NCBI GenBank assembly: GCA_030704615.1
Contig: CM060734.1
Location: 50,592,001 to 50,656,000, forward strand
Direction: 5' to 3'
Origin: Takakia lepidozioides
Taxonomy: Eukaryota > Plantae > Bryophyta
DNA length: 64,000 bases
The notes under the pieces: generated by a model
Databases searched by the model: none
What the model saw: the letters and a program-made list of their open reading frames with translations, nothing else
Told to the model about the DNA's origin: nothing
Shown here: positions 13,201 to 24,325 of the stretch, piece after piece
Numbering within the stretch: the first letter of the stretch is position 1
Layout: each line of letters begins with the position of its first letter
Translations under genes and position numbers: made by a program

Positions 13201-15332
13201 TTATGATGTCAATGTCATCTCCAAACTTTAGCTTTGTATTTCAGAGCATCCATCAGTTTGGGGATCATTGTTAAACAAACTATTCAAACTCTGTACTATC
13301 TAATTATCCTTGTTCTCATTCTGGTCTTGAGTTTTGTAATACTCAACACATATTGTTGAGATTGTATTTACTAAATTTTGATGATTTGTTTCTTTTTCTT
13401 ATTTATGTATGAGTATGAGATGCAACATTTGAACTTATGATTGTTATTTTGGTATTATAGTCTATGACAAGTTGTGCATGTATGTCATCTGCATACATGC
13501 CATACATGCGAGCACATATAGATAGAGCCTCCCATTTTTTGCTTTGGACTAAGGTTGCTCGTAACAAAATGCAACAGATACTTTTTGCAAGTTTTCTTCT
13601 ACTAATTTTTATCTTGAGATTTTTTCTTAAATTCTAGTTGCACTAAAAGAAAAATGGGATTTTATTGTTTGTTGTTATGTTGCTCCTAAAAACTGTATCC
13701 ATGGAAGAGCATGGGTACACGAATCTGAAAGAGCCTCCCATCTTCACAGCCATCTCGATCTCGTGCTTGTTGGACGAATGTGCGCAATGGTTCACATCGC
13801 CACTCGTCATGGATAGCAGCCTCACCGCGCCTCGACGCCCCACCTCTCGCAAGATTTTCACTCTATTCTCCTACACGTATTTCTGCCAACTCTTTCTCTT
13901 GTTTTTTCTACTCACGCGATGTTGTACCTTTGTGCGAGCAGCATTGAGGAGCTTCTGTCGGTGGATGAGCATTGCCCTTCGCACATACGGCAATGCCCGC
14001 TGCCCCCGCTCCTCCAAAATTTTGCACTTGGCCCTGAATTTGGCAACAACCCCACGTGCCTTCCATGCCATTCTGACATATATTGACATCTAGAGTGGCG
14101 AAAAAACCATCACTTTAGAGGGTCTGTATTGTTTATTTGTTGACTTCTAGTTGCAGGTAGAATAAAATGACTCTAGTGCCTCTGTCTAATGTTTAAAATT
14201 AATTAAATTTGCGACTATAATTTGACATGGTAACGTATCGCTTATGTAAGTTTCAGGGGCCCTCATTTTCCAATATGAGGCTCATAATAGATCTTTTGAG
14301 ATGTGACATTCTTAAAAAAATCAATTGTGGTTGTATCGCGATACAAATGATGTAAAAATGACTTGATTATTTTATCGGAACTCTGCAAATTTGCAACCCC
14401 ATACTTGTCGCCCTAATTATACAACAGCTAATTTTGAGGTATGAAGTAGTTTTGAAGTATGTGGCCACCTAATTAGGAAAACACTGTTTTTTAGTTATGA
14501 AGCCCATAGGTTGCACTAGTTTTCAACCTCCAAGGTGTTGAAAGAAAACTTTTTGCAATGTTTTGAGTATTGACGACACAAGGCGTCGCAACCAACCAAA
14601 AAGAAAAAATAATTCAATGCTTTGGGATTCGCAATTGCTCAAAATGTCGCAATATTATTTTCCGTGGCGTTTAGGGCCCGTAAACTGAATTGGCTTCAAC
14701 CCTTGGGCATCGCAATTGAAAACTTAGACAATTTTTCAAAAAAGAGTTTGGATAATTTTATGTCGGAATAATGTCCTAAATTTATCCCCTCAAAATTGTG
14801 CAATGATTGGAGGCGGTTATGCCACTTGAATAGTAACGAAGAATATAACAAAGAATATAACCATTGACTGCCTTTCTCCATTTGCAGGCATGCCTATTGT
14901 GACAAAAATGATGATCACGATGGAAGTGCTATACAGTATGCAACATCCAAGGGGTTACAAGATAATCCACTGGGTTTGTTCTGATGATTCAAAGAGTTGT
15001 GCATCGTATCTTTGGAAGGTGGTGAAACAAAGACAATGTACGTGCATGGTCCCAAACTCAGCAGCAAATGCACTCAAAACCATTGAATACACTAAACATT
15101 GTGAACTATATACTATTTGCAACATTGTTCAACAAAGTGCAAATTTCCTAGTTCTATGCTCATTAGTATAGGTGGATTCTCAATTGAGCTCAAGGCTTAT
15201 CTTAACAATCCAGTAACCAATTATCTATGACTAATTTGGACCAATAGGCGTAAGGTGACAAATCATTTTCTGTTTTGTCCGACAATTTTAATTTTTGAAA
15301 GACATGTTCAAGTCAATGTCTATAGCTCAACT

Positions 15333-18300
15333 TCATTGTTTGCTTTCTTTTGTTATGACGGTTTCATGCATTTTGCATGTAGCACATGAGATCTCCCCTT
15401 CTACAGCATATGATTTCTGAAATTGTATTTTAGTGGTGGAGTAGGAGAAGAATCCAAATTTCCACTGCCACTCTCTAGGGTCTATTTGCAGATCCTGGAG
15501 TGGCATGCCACCAATCCAGGCAAAGGAGGCAGAGAGAAGCCAAGGAAAAGGGGGTGTTCCCTCTGGGGCAGAAGGGTTGAAATCTTTGGCAGGGGAGGAC
15601 CACAGGCAGATTCTTGCCGGCAAGGCATCTATGCAGCAGAGACTTTGGGTAGTGTTTGAGAAGAGTGTCAAGAACCCAGAGAAGGTATCCGCTTTGAATG
15701 CATAGCCAGTTGGTATGCCATGTTGCACCTCTGTAATGTACATTATCGAGTACCATTTCGCATGATCAGTTTCCAGGAGTCTGGGATATTTGTGACAATG
15801 GAGTCGATGCCCGATGCCAGCCTTCTTGTACCCAAGGCCGCTTGAAGGAATTCAGTGGAGCTTCCCCACAGGTGGGCAATCTGAGAGTATCCTCTGGTTT
15901 CCCACTTTGCCCACCTCCTGGCCTGAGTGCGCTGCAAGGGGGATGGAGTAGCCTCGTTGAGAAAGAGGTGTTGCCTCATTGTCTCTTGGAAAGATGTAGG
16001 TTCTGATTTGAGTAGGAAGGGTCTAAATTTATTCCATGCTTCCCAGATTGATACCCAAAGGGGCGAACCAATGGATTTGTGTCTAAACCCTTGAGTTATC
16101 CACCTCATAGAGGGTTTTTTTTGGGTGTGACTTAGTGGGGAGCTGAGTGAGATAGCCTGTCCAACCAGTAATTTCCACCAACCCCCCTCCGGCCCAAGGA
16201 ACCTTGGTAACCATTTTCCCAAGAGTGCCAGGATTTGAGTTGCTGGATCGAGCACTCCCAGTCCTCCTTTTTTCTTTGGAAGGCAGATTTGCTTCCATGA
16301 GACCTGTGGCCTCTTGTTCTGGGTGGTCGATTGGGCACCCCAAATGAAGTTCCGGATGTATCTCTTAACCTCTCCCATAAATTCAGGGTCAGGCTTCCAG
16401 ATGGCTGTGAAATACCAGATCCCTGCCTGGAGGATCTGATTTGCTATGAGAGCCCTATTTGTTATGGTTAGAAAACGTGAGCCCCAGTATGCCAGCTGTC
16501 TCTTAAGAGCTGTCAACGTAGGGCCCATTCTCTGCTTGTCTGTGAGGTTGATTCCAAAAGTGTGGCCCAAGAGAGTTGTGGGTTCACCCTCCTTCAGCCA
16601 GAATAGTCCAGAGTCATTTCCCCAAGTGGGTACCGAGCCTATGGTGGATTTGGATATATCCCCAACCAGAAGGGCTTTGGTTTTAGACCAATTCACTCTT
16701 AAGCCGGAAACTTTGCAAAATTGCCCCAGTGTTTATTCTGCAGCCTGAAGTGTAGATGGAGTGGCATCCAACAGCAGGAAGGTGTCGTCAACAAACATTG
16801 AGTCTTTGACTTGGATTGAGATTTGTGCCACGGGGTTCCGTATGTGCAACCCTTGAATGGACAAGTTTCTATCAAACAGGTAACCCAGGGCATCTGCTAC
16901 GAAGAGGAAGAGGAATGGTGCAAGTGGACAACCTTGTCTCATTGATCGGTGAAGCTGAAAGGGCTTGGAGAGATGACCGTTAACTATTACCCTGCTGGTT
17001 GAGTGTTGCAATAGGATCATGACCCAATTACGGAATGTCTGGGGCAACCCCACTTAAGCCAGAATGTCAAGAAGGAAGCCCCAATCTACTTTATCAAATG
17101 CCTTTTCAAAATCCAATAACCAGAGTGCCAGAGCCTGTCCTGATGCCGTTGCAAAGTAAGCTGCTTCATGAGCTAGCAGTATTATCTAGGATGTATCTCC
17201 CCTTAATGAAACCTGTCTGACCTGTTCTAATCAGTGCGGGAAGGAGAGGCTGTAGACGGAGTGCCAAAGCCTTGGCTATTATTTTATAGGCCACATTCAA
17301 AAGAGTGATTGGTCTATAGTTGTTAATGTCTGCCTTGTCTCCCTTTTTGAACAACAGAGTATTACCCCTTGGGCCATAGAGGAAGGCATGATCCTGTCGG
17401 ATTTAATCCTATTGGCCATAGAGCAGAAGTCCTGGGAAAGGCCACATTGCCTTGTAGAACTCCACCGGCATGCCGTCAATACCCGGGGCCTTTTTGTTAT
17501 TCATTTTGTCTAAGGCCTTCCCGAGTTCAAGAAGAGTGAAGTCAGCTTCTAGATCTTGAGACAGGTGAGGCTGAAGTTTACAGGGCACAGCCGAGAGCAC
17601 TTCATCCAAATAATCCAATGTTGGGGTTCCTTCGGATCCGCAGGAAGAGTTTCGCAAAGTGGTTGAACGCTGCCTCACTCATAATCTTAGGGTCGGAGGA
17701 TTTAGTGCCCTGGCTGTCCAAGTAGAGCTCATGAACCCTTTGGAGAGATCTTTTAAGTTTGACTTTCTCGAAGAAGTATTTAGACATCTTTTCACCTTTT
17801 GCTGACCAGTTGATGCCTGCTTGCATACGCATTTTTGGCTCTTGCTTGAGCTGGAACATGTCAAGGTTTTGGCGGGCTTCCAAGTAGGTTTGGAAGGTAT
17901 GGTCATCGCATGTGTTGTTTTCTATTTGTTTCTGACATACATTCAGGCACTTTTTGAGGGCCAGAACGCGTTCCTTCTGGGCAGCAGATATATCTCTACT
18001 CATGTCCTGGCTTGCCTTACATGCTACTTGAAGCTTGAGGGTAAATTTGATAATAGGGCAAGATATGTCGTTGGCTGTCTGTTTCCATGCTAGTTCCAGG
18101 CCTAACTTGAAAGAGGGGATGAGGAGATGTGAAGTGTTAAGCTTATAGATACCTCTACCTCTCCTACTTTTACAGGGCATGGAGAGAGTGGCTGAAACAA
18201 TGGCATGATCGAATCCATGAGCAATGGGTTCTTGCGAGTGACGGCTTGCTCCATTAGAGATTGAGATTGAAATATATATTCTATCCAATTTGGCCATGCA

Positions 18301-18948
18301 GAGGTCCTGGAGGGTGCGGTTGTTTGTCCAAGTGAAGAAAGGGTTATTCCTTTCCGGGGGGCTAGGATTTGAGTCAATTTCTGAAAGGCTATGTGTTTGG
18401 ATAAGAGAGAGCCAAGAGACCTCCTCATCAGGGTTAAGATGATGAGATGCCAAACCTCGTCTATCTTGGTTGTTGTCTACCATATTGAAATCTCCTGCCA
18501 GTATCCAGGAGTGGGCTGTTGGTTGCGAGGACATTTTATGGTTGATGAGAGCCCAGAGTTCAGCACGTTCTATGTAGGAGTTCGGAGCGTAAATGTTAAC
18601 AAAACCAAGAGGGTCAGGTTGGCTGGGAAGTTTGAGAGAGTAGAATTGGACTCGACCTGGCTCCCAAACTTCCTCCCTGATGATGAACTGAACTAAGGAG
18701 GGTGCAAGGAGGATGGCAGTACCCCCCCTTGAGTTGGCATGGGAAGGTTTCCAGAGGGCAGCAGATGCTGGCCAGAGTTGGTCAGAGAGATTAGAGATTT
18801 TTTGCTGGCAGAGCTTGTGTTCTTGGATGAACACGATAGTCTCCGTTCGTTGGAGTGGTGCCAACCAGGTGCGTAGCTTGATTTTTTTTGTGTTTGCCTG
18901 GTCGGAGCCAATCCTCCTAATGTTCCACGAGTGAATACTAACCTGCAT
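15333..18948 (-). pseudogene. LINE ORF2: apurinic endonuclease + reverse transcriptase, multiple frameshifts
   Basis: SWNIR, FIQEH, NIYAP, WILAGDFN, KLDRIY, FDH (APE); KAPGIDG, NYRPITLLN, QTGFIKGR, RQGCPLAP, MFVDD, NWSKT (RT). Confidence 0.93.
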
Positions 18949-19560
18949 CTTGAGGTATAGACATGCTAAGAGGGAATTTCTCAATTGATGGCCTAGTGTG
19001 AGTTCTTTTGTCGGAGAGAAGAGGGGATGAGACCCATTTGTAGTTGACAGGTGCTACGGGTGCGGGGTTACTAAGCTGTATGAACAGGACTTGGGTGAAA
19101 GGGTTGAGCGGTTGGTGATGGTGGCAGTCGTGGGGAAGGGGCAAGAAACGAGCCAAGGATACTGAGTCTGTATAGATTTTCGTGGGTGCCTCCGTGCGTT
19201 AGAGGAAGAACTCGGAAAGGAGGATAAGGCCAAAGGAAGTTGGCGTTTCTGGAGAGAGGATACCAACAGACATTTCTAAAGCTAAGTCGACGAGATTGTC
19301 AGGGACCGCTATAGATGGTAAGACTTTGCTTGTTGAGCTGGCATCAGATTTAAGACACAGAATTTTACACCTATTCTGTCAGGTAGATGAACGATAGAAC
19401 ACCAAGAAGGGAATGGGGTGAAGGTAGAGGCTTACATGAAGAGGGGGTGACTGAGAGGGAAGGGGCGTGGGCGAGGGCAGTGGTAGCACATGCTGGACAA
19501 GGTTGTTTCTCAGCTGACGGGTGCTGCGATTCCGAGAGAGTAGATTTGTTAGGCTTGTCG

Positions 19561-20204
19561 TGTCAAGGACGAGAACATGACTGAACACAAACCAAAATAT
19601 CAGATTAGAGGTACAAGATTAGACAAGAAGTCAAGGCCGGCGTGGCCGAATGCATGATGAGTAAATAGAAATCAAGACGATCTTTATAACAATGAACAAG
19701 AGTACAAGATATTGGAACACGACTTGAATACTGGATTTGCTGGAAACTGGACTGGAGTACCAGATACTGGAAACTGGGCTAGGGTACTGAGAACTGGACT
19801 GGAGTACTAGGAACTGGAAACAAGAGTAGCTTGAACTGGTGTTGGCGAGACTGAAGAGTGTCCAGTCTCGCCTCCTATATATACTGGCTACTAAGAAGCT
19901 TCCCCAAGAAGCTTCCCCTATGGAGGTTTTTTGCTGGAGAAGTTTCCAAGATTAAACAAAGGTTTCTTGATGGAGAAGCTTCCTTAAGCAAATGAGGTAT
20001 CTTGATGGAGAAGTTTCCTCCAAATGAAGCTTCCTGAGTAGTTTCCCAAGGTACTCTTGGTAATTTGGTAAACTCCCGGCAACTTGGTAAGTAATGGTAA
20101 ATCATGGTACATAACGGTAAGTCATAGTAACTTCCAGTAACATGGTATCTTGGTAATTTCTGGTATTTACCCCTGGTAAGTTCCTCTGGGCTATGTCCGT
20201 GACA
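19561..20204 (-). mobile_element. Solo LTR (644 bp) inserted in the LINE
   Basis: Termini TGTCAAGGAC...GTCCGTGACA (9/10 inverted), 5-bp TSD TGTCG/TGTTG (one CpG transition), TATATATA box at ~19876-19883 next to a GGCGAGACTG/CAGTCTCGCC hairpin, no coding sequence. Confidence 0.85.
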
Positions 20205-20776
20205 TGTTGTGGACATGTGTGCGCGAGCTGGGCTCCGTAACGCTTCTGGAGACAAGGGAGGGTCGGGGCCGATGGGGTTGTAAGAAGGCTGCTGCTGATC
20301 TGTGAGCCTTCGAAGCTCGATGGCCTCATTCTGTTCATGAACCTCGGCTTCCAGCGTCGCGTGGAGGAGAGTGAATGAAAAATGGATGGTGTGTCTTGCC
20401 CGAATGGTTGCCAAGTTGGTGGGGGGGGGGGGGGCTGGTCGAAGGGGGGGAGATGAATCCAGAGGCCCTTGCCTTGGGGGTGATTTCCGAGCAGCGTTTT
20501 TTCCTCGATTAATGCTAGAATATGGGTTGATGGAGTAAGATCCGAAACCAGGCCAGGATATTGTTCAACGTAGGCTCCTCAGGTGATGACTGTGTGGGCC
20601 TGCAGTGAATAGTTGGGTGAGTACTTCAGAAGAATGGACTGAATTTTCTCCCTAAGAGTGGGGATGGGGTCCCCATCGATAGGGCAGGTAGCCATGAAGT
20701 ATCTCACGTCCACCGTTGTGATCCGGTGTGACTCCAGAGCGATCCCTTGTGGGGCAGTGGTAGAGCTGGTTGTGGC

Positions 20777-21126
20777 TGTCAAGTTAAATAAGCACAGTGT
20801 GACAACAGCTAGAATAAAACTAGTTATTTGTATTTAACACTTGGATTTAGGTCAAGTGTTAAATCAGGTGTCAAGTTTAATTTGACACCTGGTCCGTCTT
20901 ATCTTCACGAGAACGGCAGTCGCGCAGCTCATCTCTCTCAAGTTGAGCCTGCGCGACCGAGCTCCTGCATGCGTTTAGATCTGAGTGTACTCATGATGGG
21001 AGTGTAGGTTGTTGTGGGGTGGAGTCCCCATAGCTTGGGGTGCCCCTGGCTCGACTACTATTTCTAAGAGTGATGGTTTGGTTTTCATGTTTTGTGTCAA
21101 CAGTGTGTTCTTGGGTTTTCTTATCA
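20777..21126 (+). repeat. Copy 1 left terminal repeat A1 (350 bp, TG...TTATCA)
   Basis: Direct repeat of 32005-32355. Contains three hairpins (20832-20863, 20864-20891, 20919-20957). Confidence 0.95.
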
Positions 21127-21376
21127 CTCGAGAGAGATGACTTCTTACTTGTGAGTGCAAGGTAGGAGTTGAGGATTAGCACTTGTATGATTACCTCTGT
21201 GAAGTAATGCTTAGTTTGAGAAGCTTAAAAAAAAAAAAAACAAAAAGAAACATGCAGGTTTCGATCATCTCTGGTTTCTGGGTATATAGATGGTCCATGG
21301 AGGCAGGCTGCATGTCAAGCAGGGGCAAAGAACTGGTGTCTTTCCACTGGTAAGGATAGCGTTGGTTCTGGCATGA

Positions 21377-21625
21377 GGCCGCAGGGGCGGGACGGAGCTA
21401 TACTGCGAGGAAGCAGCCTTCGTTCTGGTCAGTGAGGGCGTGAACAGCTCACAGTGGGTGCGGCAAGCATTGGCGAAGCCAGAGCTGGCCAGGCAAGTTC
21501 TTGATGTGAACCTGCTGAAGACCACATGTATTGACAAGCTGCTGCTGCAGCTGATGGATGTGGCCATGCTTTGCACACACGAGGTGCCTGATAGACGTTT
21601 GGGCGAGCTGGTGTTCGAGGAGTGA
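21377..21625 (+). pseudogene. Captured fragment of a receptor-like kinase C-lobe (subdomains X-XI) in the copy 1 leader
   Basis: EGVNSSQWVRQALAKPELARQVLDVNLL...LLLQLMDVAMLCTHEVPDRR resembles the RLK consensus (LxxWVR...VLDxxL...LxIAxxCTxxxPxxRP). Recognition by eye only. Confidence 0.6.
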
Positions 21626-23055
21626 GCAAGGTTGGTGTTGTCCCTGGTGTGGTGTCGACGATTGCACTGTGTGATTACTCATTGGCGACGTTGTTTGCTG
21701 CTGCAGTAGGGCCCTATGTGGGGGCGTTGGTGATGCGCAGGTGGTGGCCTGGCCTGGCGAGCAACGTATGGGCTGGGCCTGTTACTGCCTGGGCCAGAGG
21801 TGAATCAGCAATGTTGAATTTTGGAGGAGATATATGCTGGAGTTGAACTACGGGAGCTGACGGTGTAAAGTGGAGTTTGGGCTGGCTGATAGGAAGAAGA
21901 GATAGGAAGAAGGTGCTGCAAACCGAGAGCACTCGAAGCGGCCTGTGAAGAGGAGGAAGGCTTCAAAGATGTACAAGCCAACTCGGATACTCTGTCGAAC
22001 GACCCAAATTGTGATTGAGATAACATTTCTTGAAGAAGAAGCTGCCTCAGCTCTCTGCCCAACCGTGCGAGAGGATTAAAGGGAGATATAGTTGTAACCT
22101 GCGAAAAGAGAAAGAATGAAGCATAGGGAGGGACATGCTTGACCGGTGCACGAGACCCATCACCAACACTGAAGGCACTGCCAGGGAATCCAGTCGGTTG
22201 CCAGATCGCAGGCCAGAGAAGCAAGCCTGGACGGAGGCCACTCTTGCAACCTTCTTGCTTCCGGACAGAGTGGGAATGCCAGTGGCCACCCAGGAAGATG
22301 CAGCACAGGCAGCCATTATTGAAGCAAACCGTATCAAAACCTGCACAAACTAGAGGATTGATGAGGACTGAAAGGATTGATGCATGATCCATTAGGGCAG
22401 CCGAGCATCGCCCTTACTATGAGCTGCACCTGAGGACACCAACACCATGCCGCTGATGCCAAGGACGTTGTGATGCCCTGTGCTGTTGTTGTAAGTCCCG
22501 CCATAGCTCTCTCTCTCTCATGGAAGATTGCTGCTTTGGAGTGCGCTCGGAATGCGGTGATGGTGGTCCTCCGCAGTGTAGAATAGGTCGGGGGCGTGTG
22601 TGCGTCCAGACACCACAGTCCAGCAAAGTCGACAGCATTCTATGCTCGAACTGCACCGGAAAATGGGGCAGTAGTGTGCTCACAATGTGAGGGGAACGGC
22701 CTCGGGAACCTGTAGATAACCAGGGAACAGGAACCAAGACAAGTATTTTTATTTTTATTTTAAAAGAGTTTTCTTTGTATTTGTTGTCTTATTAAATTAA
22801 ATTAAAAGGAAAGAAAAGAGAAATGTGTTAGGTTTAAAGAGCCTGGTTGGTCATATCTTTGTCAAATGAGCTCCGTTTGACTCAGTTTTTGGGGGGATAG
22901 TTGCAGAAAGGGGATAGAAAGGTTTTTGTTTTTGAGACTCTGCTAAAAATCTATGGAATTTTTAGAGTGTGAGTGTGCCGTGAAAGATCCACAATTCTGT
23001 TTCTAGAACCTATTCTGGTCTATTTGAGAGACAAATCTGTGGATGTCCTCCTTGT

Positions 23056-23805
23056 ATGGCTGGGGGAAATGAGGATGTAATTGAAAGGCAGGTCTTTTCT
23101 CTTAGCTTATGCACACAAGGGGACAGGATTTATGTTTCCCAAGGAACTCAGACTGATTTGAGTGGAGAACAATTGGACGAGTTGATTGCATACTGGGAGT
23201 CAGGCATTAGCAGTAGACAACAGACTGCTGTAGTTGGCGTTGAGGGCCTCAATATCGCTTAGGACAGTCAAAACTCTGTTGGAGCCAGCAGTTCTGCAGC
23301 TATAAGTGAAATACCAAAGTGGGTGAAAGCTAGGCTTGGAACACAGCCAAAGACAGCCCCGGGGACCAAGGTGTTCAGCCACAAGGCTGTGGTGTACTGG
23401 AGCAGAGGAGCAGGTGCTACACAAGTTTGTGCAATCAGACAGCGTTGCAGCCGGACACGCTCTGCACAAGGCAACCACGAGCGGGGGTTCATTAGCGATG
23501 ACAAGTTTGTTCTGTTTGAAGGAGATGCAGTCATTCGCAATGAGGACACCCGCAACCGTCTCAAAGCTTTCGAGTTGAGAGACTATCAGACCCTACCTTT
23601 GTTTTCTTTAGTGTTCAGTGAGCGGGAGATAGCAGAGTGTTGCTTTGTCTCTACTTGGCAAAAAGAGGAGGAGGGTTGGTTAGAGCGAACTACTGTAGCT
23701 TGGGACAAGGTTAGTGGCAGGTTTCTGGACATAGATATACCTCCTACATCTTACCATCATGCAGAGCGAGGCACTTTGAGAGAAGTCTGGCAGTTGATAG
23801 CATAG
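23056..23805 (+). pseudogene. Extra ~249-codon ORF of unknown function upstream of gag in copy 1 (one internal TAG)
   Basis: ORFs 23056-23262 and 23323-23805 are in the same frame, separated by a single TAG at 23260-23262. Confidence 0.55.
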
Positions 23806-24325
23806 ATCAGGATTAGATCTTGCTGGGTCGGGCTTCTATTCTTCCCCTCCATCTCTGTACTATTTTCATTACCTTGTACTTGTAGTTGCCAAAGCCTCTC
23901 TTGGTGGAGGCCAGTCAGTCCGGGGTTTTGGGCTGGGATATTCTGCAGGATCAGCGTTGCTGCTGGATTTTGGTGTGGGGGTGTTGATGTTTTGATTTCT
24001 TGTGTTTGGATCCCCCCCAACACCTGCATGCTTGACTGTGCGCCATGTTGGTTTTGTGTGGGCGCTTGCTTTCATAGGGATTAGGCCGGATTTGATCACC
24101 GGTCAATCCTAGAGTATGCTGTCAGTGGTGAGGCTGGAGTGATGACCAGCAAGACCACCAGTGTTTCTTCTATGGTGAGGCTGGGTTGATGACCAGCCAA
24201 CCATAGGAGTTCTTGCGGTGGATGCAGGTGTAGGTGCCCTGAGCCACTGGGATATGACCCTTAAACTGCAACAGGTGCCTACCCGTGTCACTATAAGAAT
24301 TAGTAATAGAGCCTTATAGTGTCAC

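Noticed and set aside
11900-14110. GC-rich patches with short inverted matches (~11955/13087, ~13070/14090) as a DNA transposon or gene
   Set aside because: Matches are short and degenerate. No transposase, TSD or recognisable protein could be supported.
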